Below, piece by piece: positions 51,614 through 60,911 of a stretch of DNA of 64,000 nucleotides. The position numbers and the translations under genes were made by a program. The notes under the pieces were generated by a model. The model searched no databases. It was not told where the DNA came from and was given only the letters and a program-made list of their open reading frames with translations. Source of the stretch: Bdellovibrio sp. (GTDB lineage: Bacteria > Bdellovibrionota > Bdellovibrionia > Bdellovibrionales > Bdellovibrionaceae); contig JAKFCY010000002.1 of the NCBI GenBank assembly GCA_036676395.1, forward strand, positions 1,536,001 through 1,600,000. Direction: 5' to 3'. Within the stretch, counting starts at the first letter, position 1. The number at the start of each line of letters is the position of its first letter.

Positions 51614-53332
51614 TTATTTACGTTTTAAAAAACTGACTTTAGGTGACTGGGCTTTACCGCCGATAACAACATGAGCGTTTAGACCCTCTGGTGTTAAGTG
51701 ACCGCGCAATTGAAACCACGTTCCACCTTTTGAATTACGGCCCGAAGTTAAAATCAGAACCCCATCAGTGCCTTTTGTTCCGATGTTAAATTCAATTGTT
51801 AAGCCGTCAGGACTATCTAAGCGACCTAATGTGTAGCCACCGAAACTAGTCACGATAACTTTCACGCGCATTGGGCCAGAGGCTAAATGCAATGTGCCCT
51901 CATACGTGCCATCCACTTCGCCGCCCGGGCCTTGGAAGGTCTCCCACATATCAGGAAAACTTTGAACTTTCTGACCTGTAAATACTTGTGAACCAATACG
52001 AATATACGGATCAATTAATTTAATCTGACCTTTGTCGTTCACCATAAACTTAATTGGCGGATTCATCTGATCGTCAGAATCAGGCTCACGCTCTGAAGCT
52101 ACGAAACTTGCGATTTCACCACTGTAAGTAATGTTATAAAATGTTTTATAGATGGCGCCTGATTCAGAACCGATCGCTGCTACTAACATGTTTTCACGCG
52201 CATAAGAAATTGTGAAAAACCATTTTTCGCCTAATTCATTTGTTAGCTGGTAGTTACCTTGTAGGTTTAATTTTTTAGCCATAACAGGAACTGCAGCACG
52301 CGCTAACCATTTTGACATTTCGTCAGCATCTTTAGTCATTCCGATTTTACGGGCATGCGCTACAATAGCTGTTGAATAATTCATGTAGTTATCAGCATAA
52401 ACATGCGTTGGTACTTTTTCTTGCACTGTCCATTGCTGAATTAAATTTAAAGTCGAACGAATTTTTAATGTGCTAAGAGCTTGAGAAAATTGCTGCTGAT
52501 TTAAAACAACTTCTAAACGAACCGATCTTAGTAAAAGTTCTACAATCGCATCACCTACGGCGTTTGTTAACCAGCCCGGCGCTGTGTCTTGAAAAGACTC
52601 AACCTGGGCATTTAGTAACAATAAACGGTGTAAATATTCATGAGAGTTGTCTTTATTATCAGTGTTCAAAGCATAAATATCTTGATTTAAAATCTCTAAA
52701 TATTCTGAAACTGAAGCCGGCATCATTAATTTACCGATCCAAAAAGTGACTTCGTGTGCCGGTAAATTTTTATTACGTAAAATTAAAATCGCAACATCTG
52801 TGATTAGACGGCGGTATCCTAATAAAATGTGCACTTGATTTTCTGAACGTGCATCAATTAATGGTAAGGCTGCTTCAATGTTTTTGGCCATTACAGCTAA
52901 TTTCATCTGATCTTTAACAAATGAAATCTGGTAATTTAAGTTATCTAAGAAACGGCTTAATGTGTTCGCATCCATCCACTTAACATAGTACTGAATTTTT
53001 TCAGTAGAATCTTTCGTGATATCTAACCAACGCATTCCAACACCCGTCATTTTCAGACCTAGGCGTTCAGTCATTTTTGGGTAGATTTCGTCTAATTTAA
53101 GACTTACCGAAAGACTTGTTAAGTCATCTAACATATAGAAATACTTTTCAAACGTGGGTTGATCACGCATTTCTGAAAGATTCATTTCAATATCAAGCAT
53201 GACTTCACGTAATGCGATTCTGTTTTGTTGGGCTTTTTGCATTAACTCAGCAGGTTCAGCTAAGTTAATTGCAGCCATTGCCCAGACAGGTAAAAGCAAG
53301 GCGATTGCTATTCTCGAAATTAATTGTTTCAT
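51614..53332 (-). CDS. Secreted hypothetical protein, helical N-region plus beta-rich C-region
   Basis: Signal peptide; ATGA coupling to the upstream gene. Confidence 0.65.
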   Translation of the reverse strand: MKQLISRIAIALLLPVWAMAAINLAEPAELMQKAQQNRIALREVMLDIEMNLSEMRDQPTFEKYFYMLDDLTSLSVSLKLDEIYPKMTERLGLKMTGVGMRWLDITKDSTEKIQYYVKWMDANTLSRFLDNLNYQISFVKDQMKLAVMAKNIEAALPLIDARSENQVHILLGYRRLITDVAILILRNKNLPAHEVTFWIGKLMMPASVSEYLEILNQDIYALNTDNKDNSHEYLHRLLLLNAQVESFQDTAPGWLTNAVGDAIVELLLRSVRLEVVLNQQQFSQALSTLKIRSTLNLIQQWTVQEKVPTHVYADNYMNYSTAIVAHARKIGMTKDADEMSKWLARAAVPVMAKKLNLQGNYQLTNELGEKWFFTISYARENMLVAAIGSESGAIYKTFYNITYSGEIASFVASEREPDSDDQMNPPIKFMVNDKGQIKLIDPYIRIGSQVFTGQKVQSFPDMWETFQGPGGEVDGTYEGTLHLASGPMRVKVIVTSFGGYTLGRLDSPDGLTIEFNIGTKGTDGVLILTSGRNSKGGTWFQLRGHLTPEGLNAHVVIGGKAQSPKVSFLKRK

Positions 53333-55101
53333 GGGTTTTGTTCCTTATAGACCGGTTCAGGTCGTTTTGATTTTGTGTTCGTTTTTAAAAATTCTTCTAA
53401 ACTAATAAATTTATAACCAAGTTTTTTGATCTCGCGCAGAATGTATTCAAGTTCTGCCGGATCACCCGGAAACTCACCGCGGCCACCATCTTCGTAAGTT
53501 GTTAACAAAAAGGGATGGTAGAAAAACGAAGCCCAGACATCACGTAAGACTAAATTACGTTTTGCATCGATGATGATTTCTTCTTTAGAACGAGGAACCA
53601 CAACATGGGCGTTCACAAAAGGCTGTGAATTGCCTAAATTTTCTGGAATCAATCTTTGACCATGAACATCGCCGTAAATTTCATATGGAAACATCTGCCC
53701 GCTCCAGCGTTCAGATTCATAAACGACTTCTAAGTTTTTAAAATATTCAGTACGTAAATTATAACCGTTAGTTAGCGCACTTAAAAACTGAACGTCTTTA
53801 TTTTCATTTGGTGTCGAGAAACCTTTAACCGAATGATTATAATAAATCACGCGCCCAACATTCCAGGTAAATACATTAGCAAAAATAATATAATCTAGAG
53901 GGCTTGCCTGATAGTGAGGGGTCAGCCACATTTGCGGGGTGATGCCTGTTTTTTGCAGGGTGTAGAAGCCATCTTCTAAACGATCAACAACATATTTAAC
54001 ACTGTCTTCTGCGATCGGACGGTTATTCACAGCATCGAAAAATTCGAAATCGCTGCCGCTTACGCCATCGTGCGGGTTTTTTTGTGCATTGTACTGGTGG
54101 GTAACACCATGCCAGATAAAAAAAGCCTGATCACGTTTTACTTCTTCGATGAAATTCATGAATGGCACTTTACGATCCATTGTGATGAATTCACCCTGTG
54201 GATCTGTTTCACCACGGTGTAACGGGTCAAAATAAATTGGAATCAGCGAAATATGAATCGGCACTTTTTCGTTTTTTAAAACATTCATTGTTTTATAAAG
54301 CTCGCCCAAAGGCATTAACGGATGAACATCTTCAATTCGAACCAATGCATACTTGCCGTTATGACGGGGTTTTTCATCTAAAATATCGAATAACAGATCA
54401 GCAAATACAAAATAGCGGTCAGCTTCATGCATAAAACTAAATGGCACATCAGCCACATAAAAATGATTTTTAGCCTGAAGCGCATAAGGCAGAATTTCTT
54501 TAGTCACATTGTGTTCTGCATGCGCTAAAATCTGAGATTTCTTGGTGTCAGTAGCTAACAAAGCTGCTTGTTCAAACGGAGCTAAAAAAATCGACCGATC
54601 AGTTTTGCTCCAGTCGCCGTACTTAAAAAACACTTCACCTTTATAAAGTACATTTTTAAAATAACTTGGTCGGCCTGTTGAGTCTAATTTTTCGCGGTTT
54701 AGCGTTGTTAAATGTGAATACTTATAGCCAAAAATTTCTTCAAAATTTGCACCTAATTGCCAAATGCTATAACCCAGCCAGGCCACACGTTTTTTTGTGG
54801 CCGTAAAATCTTGTAAAAAATCAGCCGGAATCTGATTGTTAAAATAACTGCCGATATAAAAACTGGCATGACATGTTTCGATATCGCCCTTTTTATACAT
54901 TTCAATCGGGCTTACGATTTGTTGATATTTCGGAAAATGACCCAGAATATTTTGCAATAATGTAGCGTAGGTTTTTCCCATCCAATAATTAGGTTCTTGT
55001 GAGCGATCAAAATAAACGTTCACGCAAGGAGTAGCGACGGCTTTGGCCTGAACCTGCCAGCTAGATAATACTAACATCACAGAAATAATAAAAATCTTCA
55101 C
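53329..55101 (-). CDS. DUF2334 polysaccharide deacetylase-like secreted protein
   Basis: LVRIEDVHP, WHGVTHQY, TPHYQAS, IPENLG, ASFFYHPF. Confidence 0.78.
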   Translation of the reverse strand: MKIFIISVMLVLSSWQVQAKAVATPCVNVYFDRSQEPNYWMGKTYATLLQNILGHFPKYQQIVSPIEMYKKGDIETCHASFYIGSYFNNQIPADFLQDFTATKKRVAWLGYSIWQLGANFEEIFGYKYSHLTTLNREKLDSTGRPSYFKNVLYKGEVFFKYGDWSKTDRSIFLAPFEQAALLATDTKKSQILAHAEHNVTKEILPYALQAKNHFYVADVPFSFMHEADRYFVFADLLFDILDEKPRHNGKYALVRIEDVHPLMPLGELYKTMNVLKNEKVPIHISLIPIYFDPLHRGETDPQGEFITMDRKVPFMNFIEEVKRDQAFFIWHGVTHQYNAQKNPHDGVSGSDFEFFDAVNNRPIAEDSVKYVVDRLEDGFYTLQKTGITPQMWLTPHYQASPLDYIIFANVFTWNVGRVIYYNHSVKGFSTPNENKDVQFLSALTNGYNLRTEYFKNLEVVYESERWSGQMFPYEIYGDVHGQRLIPENLGNSQPFVNAHVVVPRSKEEIIIDAKRNLVLRDVWASFFYHPFLLTTYEDGGRGEFPGDPAELEYILREIKKLGYKFISLEEFLKTNTKSKRPEPVYKEQNP

Positions 55102-56483
55102 GGTTGCACCTGAGCCTTAATATCGAGACCAAAATGTTCTGGCATACGATGTTCTGTTTTAATCCAAACAGGTCTTTGACCTGTTTTTTTACTTTCACTA
55201 AATTGTTGGTAGGCCTTCAATGCAGCGCCCACGTTGATCACGTTAGCCACCAGCCAACGCAGCGGCACTAACAGCACATGCTGTCTGGCGTTTGTTAAAG
55301 CGACAGCACGCATTCTTTGCCCCATACGCAAAACCATATTGAACATGTTCAGCGCCAGTAACGATTGAAATAAACCATGCTGTAATGCACTTTGGCCTAA
55401 CTGCAGCTGATTTAAGACAACAAAGCCAATCAGCAATAAAACTGACAATACAATAAGAAGGCTATTATAAGGGCTACGGCGATCACGCCACATAAAGTAT
55501 TTATCGACTAGGCTACCCTGCCATTGCAGGTTTTCTGTACCTTGAAAAGCAATACCCAAAGTCCAGCGAGATTTCTGGCGCATAGATGCTGACAGTGCAT
55601 CAGGAAAATATTCGCGGGTGGCAATAAATTCAGTCTGGCCGTTTTCTTTTTCGTACTGCACGCAGGCAAATTTAGATTTAAAACCCAATTTTTTAGCCAT
55701 CATTCCTAAGTGATAATCTTCGGTCAAAGTGTCTTCTTTTAAAAAACAACCATCTTGGGCCTGCATCATGCCTAACATCAGATTACGGCTTAACAAAGTA
55801 CCCACGCCGGCTGAAGGAATAGCTGCACCCATGGCTTCGCGAACCAGTAAATCTTTTGTGTGAGCTTCGGCAAATTCATCAATATAAATGCCACCGACAA
55901 ATGAAGATTTTGGAACATCAAATGAAAATACCGGAATTTGCACAAAGTCTGCATCATGGCTGACTTCGTTTAATAGTGAAAGTGAATGCGGGTGCAAAAC
56001 ATCTTCAGAATCTTGCATTAAAAATAAATCAAACTTTTTTCCGAGTTTAATTTCGTAGCTAAAAATCTTGCGAGCCACTTCATTTAACATCTGGCCTTTA
56101 GAGGTTGGTCCTTCGTGCGAATTTAAGACCACCTGAACTTGTTTTGGGTAAGCAGCTTGAAGATTTTGTGCTGCAACAACAGTGCCTATATCATTGGGGT
56201 ATACACCCAAGAAAAAAACATAGTTCTTATATTCAAGGCCACGTAGATTACCCCGAATCATGGGCGTGATAATTTCAGCTTCTTTCCAGTTAGCAATTAA
56301 AATAGCAATTTGTTTTTCAGGGGTTCTTTTGATCTGCGCAATGTAATCGACCGTCACTCGTTGGGGCTTTAAGCCACGCATTAATGCCTGTAGATCAATA
56401 AACATATCATCCACAGCAAATACCAGTGCGCCAATAACAGCAATACATACCAACGCTACAAATAACATTTCAAAATTACCCAT
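55098..56483 (-). CDS. nfrB: NfrB-like GT2 polysaccharide synthase (GT and TM part only)
   Basis: GVYPND, GPTSK, DSED, YIDEFAEAH.KD, PSAGVG, LTEDY, TREYFP, RQKSRW, WRDRR, W.KT.H..P. Confidence 0.82.
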   Translation of the reverse strand: MGNFEMLFVALVCIAVIGALVFAVDDMFIDLQALMRGLKPQRVTVDYIAQIKRTPEKQIAILIANWKEAEIITPMIRGNLRGLEYKNYVFFLGVYPNDIGTVVAAQNLQAAYPKQVQVVLNSHEGPTSKGQMLNEVARKIFSYEIKLGKKFDLFLMQDSEDVLHPHSLSLLNEVSHDADFVQIPVFSFDVPKSSFVGGIYIDEFAEAHTKDLLVREAMGAAIPSAGVGTLLSRNLMLGMMQAQDGCFLKEDTLTEDYHLGMMAKKLGFKSKFACVQYEKENGQTEFIATREYFPDALSASMRQKSRWTLGIAFQGTENLQWQGSLVDKYFMWRDRRSPYNSLLIVLSVLLLIGFVVLNQLQLGQSALQHGLFQSLLALNMFNMVLRMGQRMRAVALTNARQHVLLVPLRWLVANVINVGAALKAYQQFSESKKTGQRPVWIKTEHRMPEHFGLDIKAQVQP

Positions 56484-57208
56484 TAAAATTCTCCGCCGAC
56501 AACAAAGAGAACTTCTTCATGCGCACGTTCATGTTTTACAAAACTTTCATAAACTAAAATTTGCGCTGACCACAAATTAAATAGGTAAATACCGCGCACT
56601 CCGACACGCGCTTGCTCGGTGTCGCGCCCAAGATCTGCTTTGGGGCTGCGACGTGTGTAAATTTCTACATACGGATCTATGATAACTGCCGTTTGCTCAA
56701 GGCGATAACGTAGCCCTTGCTTAAACCAAGCCGATGTTACGGGGTTGTGATGAAACAAAGGCAGCGCGATGGCTTCAATATAAAATTCAGAAAACAGCGG
56801 AGCATTTTTAAACCGGTATTCAAAAATTTCACCCAAGAACAGACCATAACGACTTCTTCTTTCAGTGCGGTATTCGGCCAAGGCTGTTAGAGATTTCCAT
56901 AAAACAATGCGACCACCAATAACCGCCATAGTGCGATTTTTCGAATAAAGATCGTCATCATCGCCTGAAATTTTATCTTGGCGCTGCAAAACTGCACCGA
57001 TGTAGAAAACATTTCTTTCGGCCTGAAAAAGTTTGACGCGCAGTTGGGTTTCAGACAGCAATCCGTATTGCGGAACAAAAGTTGTTTCAGAGTAAATTTC
57101 AGCGACCGTATTTGCATTCGCAGGCATGCTGACGATATAAGTTGCAGCCATAAATACGCAAATTCGTAAAAACAATAAATATAAAAACGAACTTCGTTGG
57201 CTGCGCAT
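56483..57208 (-). CDS. Putative outer-membrane beta-barrel (YaiO/NfrA-like exporter)
   Basis: Signal peptide, alternating amphipathic strands, terminal Phe (VVGGEF); TAATG coupling to nfrB; start uncertain. Confidence 0.5.
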   Translation of the reverse strand: MRSQRSSFLYLLFLRICVFMAATYIVSMPANANTVAEIYSETTFVPQYGLLSETQLRVKLFQAERNVFYIGAVLQRQDKISGDDDDLYSKNRTMAVIGGRIVLWKSLTALAEYRTERRSRYGLFLGEIFEYRFKNAPLFSEFYIEAIALPLFHHNPVTSAWFKQGLRYRLEQTAVIIDPYVEIYTRRSPKADLGRDTEQARVGVRGIYLFNLWSAQILVYESFVKHERAHEEVLFVVGGEF

Positions 57209-57359
57209 ATAAGAGCGACGATAACTACAGGAAAATAATGTCATCAGCAATGCCATAAATATGATAAGTAAAAAGCTACATAAGTAGTCTTATATTGGCA
57301 CTAGCTTGGCGCACCCAAACTTAAACAAATAGCCTTTTGTTTTAAAGACAACTCAGCAT

Positions 57360-58214
57360 TCAGAGCCGCTTAGGAAAATACCCAAACGGAGCCTGAACAC
57401 TTTCATCATGCGAAGGCAGAATGATCACCTTAGGATTGGCTTCTTGAAAAGAATGAAGCTTTTGAATTTGTTCGAGCACTTTATCAGCATCAAGATCAAC
57501 TAACTTTTTTGACAACCAGAATTTGCCTAACTTTAAATCAATACCTTTTTTCTTCCATACCGTGTCGCCGATAAGAAAAAATTTATTTCCACGGTCTGTG
57601 TTTACAAATATTCCGACTGAGCCTGGCGTATGACCTCTTAATGGAACGACCACAATAGATTGATCATTATATATATCTAAACTTTCAGAAAAACCCATGT
57701 ACGGTGTCTTAGTAAACGTGTAAGGCCGCCATTTAATATTTGGGTTTGAGACTTGTGACTTTAAGACTGCCGGCGGTGTGCCTACATCTTTAAAGGCGAT
57801 CTCTTCTGAAAGAGCCCAGATATCTTTATCTAAAAAATCAACTAACCCACTGACATGATCAAAATGAAGATGAGTGATAAGGATGAAGCTAAAATCTATT
57901 TTTTCTTTGGCTAATTGCGCTTTTGCCGTTTCAGATTTTTTATAAGCAAAAGCCGGCCTGTGAAAAAAAGAAATATCCTGGAATTGGTCATCAATTTTTT
58001 CGCCAAGTCCTGTGTCGACTAAGATATTTCCTTTAGGATGTTCGACAAGAAAAGCTGAATGATTTACTTCAATTTTTTTCCATGCCCCACCTTCAAGAGC
58101 CAAGCTTTCATAAGTATGGGCCGTACCCGTTTTGATAATGCTGAGTTTGACTTTGTCTGCAGCATGCACGATAGAAGCAAAACTTAAAATCAAACCTAAG
58201 GTCATAATCTTCAT
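57360..58214 (-). CDS. Secreted MBL-fold metallo-hydrolase (AHL-lactonase-like clade)
   Basis: Signal peptide; LVDTG, THLHFDHVSG, GHTPGS, IGD, PSHD. Confidence 0.85.
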   Translation of the reverse strand: MKIMTLGLILSFASIVHAADKVKLSIIKTGTAHTYESLALEGGAWKKIEVNHSAFLVEHPKGNILVDTGLGEKIDDQFQDISFFHRPAFAYKKSETAKAQLAKEKIDFSFILITHLHFDHVSGLVDFLDKDIWALSEEIAFKDVGTPPAVLKSQVSNPNIKWRPYTFTKTPYMGFSESLDIYNDQSIVVVPLRGHTPGSVGIFVNTDRGNKFFLIGDTVWKKKGIDLKLGKFWLSKKLVDLDADKVLEQIQKLHSFQEANPKVIILPSHDESVQAPFGYFPKRL

Positions 58215-58236
58215 AAAACCATCCTTTGTTATAGAA

Positions 58237-58268
58237 ATTGTAAACCGTTGGGTATACAACATGGTCAA
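58237..58268 (-). promoter_or_regulatory. MerR-type promoter/operator with long spacer
   Basis: TTGACC-N20-TACAAT with imperfect dyad ACC(AT)GTTG...CAACGGT across the spacer. Confidence 0.7.
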
Positions 58269-58277
58269 GGGGTTAAT

Positions 58278-58652
58278 ATGTTAATCGGAGAATTAGTCAA
58301 AAAAACGCAGCTAAGCAAAGAGACCATACGTCATTATGAAGACATTGGCTTAATTCGCGGTATTAAAACTCAAACAAATGGCTATAAAAACTATCCTGAG
58401 CGACTGGTAGAGGACCTGAAACTGATTGGCCTTGCGAAAGATTTAGGTTTCACCTTAAAAGAAATCAAGTCACTTCTAAGCCTGCTGCAAAAAGGACAAC
58501 TTGGCAGAAGCAATCTGAACCAAGTGATTCAAAAAAAGATAAGCGAGATTGATCAGAAAATAAGTGCTCTTAATCAGCTTAAAGAAAGATTAAACCAAGA
58601 ACTTGCCCGAACATGTTCGCCGCAAGAAACTTTGAAAATTATGACTACTTAG
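58278..58652 (+). CDS. MerR family transcriptional regulator
   Basis: MLIGEL.K..., TIRHYE.IGL, NGYKNY, AKDLGFTLKEIK. Confidence 0.93.
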   Translation: MLIGELVKKTQLSKETIRHYEDIGLIRGIKTQTNGYKNYPERLVEDLKLIGLAKDLGFTLKEIKSLLSLLQKGQLGRSNLNQVIQKKISEIDQKISALNQLKERLNQELARTCSPQETLKIMTT

Positions 58653-59304
58653 CACTGCCGCGGGCAATACCCAGGCGGTCTTCATACGCATTAAGAACTT
58701 TTACGAACGCCGGCCGCGCTTCGCAATTAAGACGGTACTTCTCAAGATTCGGGTACTTACCCAAAATCTCTGTTTTACGAATTTCACGCAGCACGCACGT
58801 AAGAATAATATCAGCTACAGTGAAATCAGTTCCCGTAATAAATGGCTGCGCTTTTAACATTTGATCGATCGTCGGAAAAAAGCGTTCAAGAATTTCAACA
58901 TGCCAAGAACGCAGTTTACCGTGGTGGCTTGCTTCACCCTGAAGATCAGCAAAAAAAACCGGTAGCGCAAATGGCTCGATGTTATTAAGAGCCGTAATTA
59001 ACCAGCGATAAACTTGTGCGCGCCCCTGCAGGTCAGCAGGAATCAATTTTTGCGATTTTTCGGCTAGGTAAAGAAGAATCGCCCCCGACTCCGTTAGAAT
59101 ATATCCATTATCATCGATGACCGGAACTTGTTTGAACGGAGAAACCACATCAAACGAAAATTCATCTTGAAGACCATTCGGCCCGCAATCAAGCCCGATA
59201 GTCTCATAGGCGATGCTACACTCTTCAAGTGCCCACATCACACGTATATCGCGCGTATAGCCCCATAGAAATGGCGGCAGCGACTTGAAGACGTAAACTT
59301 TCAC
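58645..59304 (-). CDS. Glutathione S-transferase family protein
   Basis: RVMWALEE, PFKQVP, LTESGAILLYLAE, FTVADI, ARPAF. Confidence 0.93.
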   Translation of the reverse strand: MKVYVFKSLPPFLWGYTRDIRVMWALEECSIAYETIGLDCGPNGLQDEFSFDVVSPFKQVPVIDDNGYILTESGAILLYLAEKSQKLIPADLQGRAQVYRWLITALNNIEPFALPVFFADLQGEASHHGKLRSWHVEILERFFPTIDQMLKAQPFITGTDFTVADIILTCVLREIRKTEILGKYPNLEKYRLNCEARPAFVKVLNAYEDRLGIARGSAK

Positions 59305-59307
59305 AGT

Positions 59308-59502
59308 TTAGTTGCCTTTACGTGGCCCCCAAGATGGGCCTACATTAGAATTGTTCTCATTGCGTGGTTTGTCTTTTTGAAACTTACCAAAAGTACCAGT
59401 GGTACCGCCAGATTTTTGCACTTCGTTTTTACGCTTCAACAATTCAACAAGAGGATTGGCTTTTGAAGCGGGAGTTTTCTTTTTCGTGGTCTTCTTTTTC
59501 AT
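59308..59502 (-). CDS. Small basic hypothetical protein
   Basis: 64 aa Lys-rich ORF ending 3 nt before the GST start. Confidence 0.5.
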   Translation of the reverse strand: MKKKTTKKKTPASKANPLVELLKRKNEVQKSGGTTGTFGKFQKDKPRNENNSNVGPSWGPRKGN

Positions 59503-59598
59503 AAGTGTATAATTAACATAAAAATGAAATTACGGAACCAGTATTTGGTTCCGCGACCTCTTTTAGGCAGAAATTGGTCATTTTTTATAGTCCACCCC

Positions 59599-59925
59599 TT
59601 ATTGTGTCACTCTATTTTCGGCGGCTTTATTTTTGATAAGCACACCTTCTGGGGTTTCGGCCGTTGCCGGATCAATCATTCTTCGAACTCGAGTTACGTT
59701 ATCAACTGGAAACTCAGCTCTTTTGCCATGCTCACGAACAAGATCTTCATTTTCAGCGTAATAGACGCAGTAAACTTTATCGTCGGTGACATAACTTTCA
59801 AGCCACTGAACTTGTGGACCCATTTCACGTAATACATCGCAAGATTTAACACTTCCTTGTTGCCATTCGCTGTCAGACATTTGACCGGCCCCAGGCATGT
59901 TTCTTTCAATAATAAATTTAGGCAT
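59599..59925 (-). CDS. DUF4242 (SCO4226-like) protein
   Basis: MPKFIIERNMPGAG, QWLESYVTDDKVYCVY.A, EH...FP; AAGGAG RBS. Confidence 0.88.
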   Translation of the reverse strand: MPKFIIERNMPGAGQMSDSEWQQGSVKSCDVLREMGPQVQWLESYVTDDKVYCVYYAENEDLVREHGKRAEFPVDNVTRVRRMIDPATAETPEGVLIKNKAAENRVTQ

Positions 59926-59958
59926 TAAAGTCTCCTTTTTCTGTAAAAAGAAATAGAT

Positions 59959-59974
59959 TACAAATCATATGCCA
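59959..59974 (-). promoter_or_regulatory. Sigma54-like promoter
   Basis: TGGCATA-TGAT-TTGTA, 33 nt upstream of the DUF4242 ATG. Confidence 0.5.
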
Positions 59975-60069
59975 TTGATATTGGGGCAATTTAGTCGGCC
60001 TCTCGATTTCAAGAAAAATTTAAAACTTTCTCGATCTAATACGTGTCAACTTAACGCCAGCGTTTCATT

Positions 60070-60097
60070 TGTAAATAAATTGTTCTTTATATTTACA
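60070..60097. promoter_or_regulatory. Inverted-repeat operator candidate
   Basis: TGTAAATA-N12-TATTTACA upstream of 60155. Confidence 0.4.
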
Positions 60098-60154
60098 TAA
60101 ATACCCGTTTTAAATAACCTAAACGGGCGAATCAAACGCTAAAGGGGTTATGGC

Positions 60155-60904
60155 ATGTTTAATGAGACCGTGGATCTACAGCTCGTACTTTGTCCCGTTC
60201 GCGAACCAGAATCGAAATATATTGAATTATATAACAAAATCTATAAGTGCTGGAATAGCGTATGGACTTCGGCTTATACCGAAGTGAATTATCAGTCAGA
60301 CCACGAATCTTTGAAGTCTGATAGCTTTACCCGTCAGGATTTTGTGGCGGCTATTTTTCATAAACAGGAGTGCATTGCTTTTATTTTATTTCGTCAGGTG
60401 GATGCGAATTTAATATCTACTAAAGATGATTCGTTTTTTGCCCAATGGAGTGAAATTCATCTTAAGTCTGTTGCAAAAATAGGTCAGCAGTTGTTGATTT
60501 GTGGAAACTTGGGAATTCATCCGACGTTTCGTCAAAAGACTCTGGGAGTTTCTCTAAAAGAAATTATGGGAGGCTTAATTTCAGAAATCACATTACAATC
60601 AAATGTCAATGCAACCCTTGCGACCCCCCGCCGCGATCGTAACGTACACGGCGCCGCCTATCAATGGGGAGCTGCTCCGATAGCCCAGGATATTTCTTGG
60701 GGCTGCGGAATTCAAATCGACTTAATATCTTTTCATAAGGCAAATCTATTAAAACACCGCAATCACGCATTACGTCCGCTCATAGATAAGCTATGGCAAA
60801 ATAAAATTGTTGTAGAAAACAAAGCTCAAGAGACGCTTCAACAATTCAAGCACACTAGCCCTTATAGTCTGCAAAATTTAAAGCCAAACAAAAAGACAGG
60901 TTAA
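60155..60904 (+). CDS. Divergent GNAT-fold acyltransferase (LuxI/FeeM-like architecture)
   Basis: Y..W..VW helix, DSF, AAIF...CIAFILF strand, LGIHPTFRQKTLG (motif A-like), NVHGAAYQWGA (motif B-like). Confidence 0.5.
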   Translation: MFNETVDLQLVLCPVREPESKYIELYNKIYKCWNSVWTSAYTEVNYQSDHESLKSDSFTRQDFVAAIFHKQECIAFILFRQVDANLISTKDDSFFAQWSEIHLKSVAKIGQQLLICGNLGIHPTFRQKTLGVSLKEIMGGLISEITLQSNVNATLATPRRDRNVHGAAYQWGAAPIAQDISWGCGIQIDLISFHKANLLKHRNHALRPLIDKLWQNKIVVENKAQETLQQFKHTSPYSLQNLKPNKKTG

Positions 60905-60911
60905 AAATTTT

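Noticed and set aside
57296..57310. Sigma54-like TGGCACTAGCTTGGC on the plus strand
   Set aside because: Points away from the glycan operon into the 3' end of a convergent gene and has an imperfect -12; no supporting transcript feature
59524..59909. ORFs 59524-59832 (+) and 59694-59909 (-)
   Set aside because: Shadow frames over the well-supported DUF4242 gene
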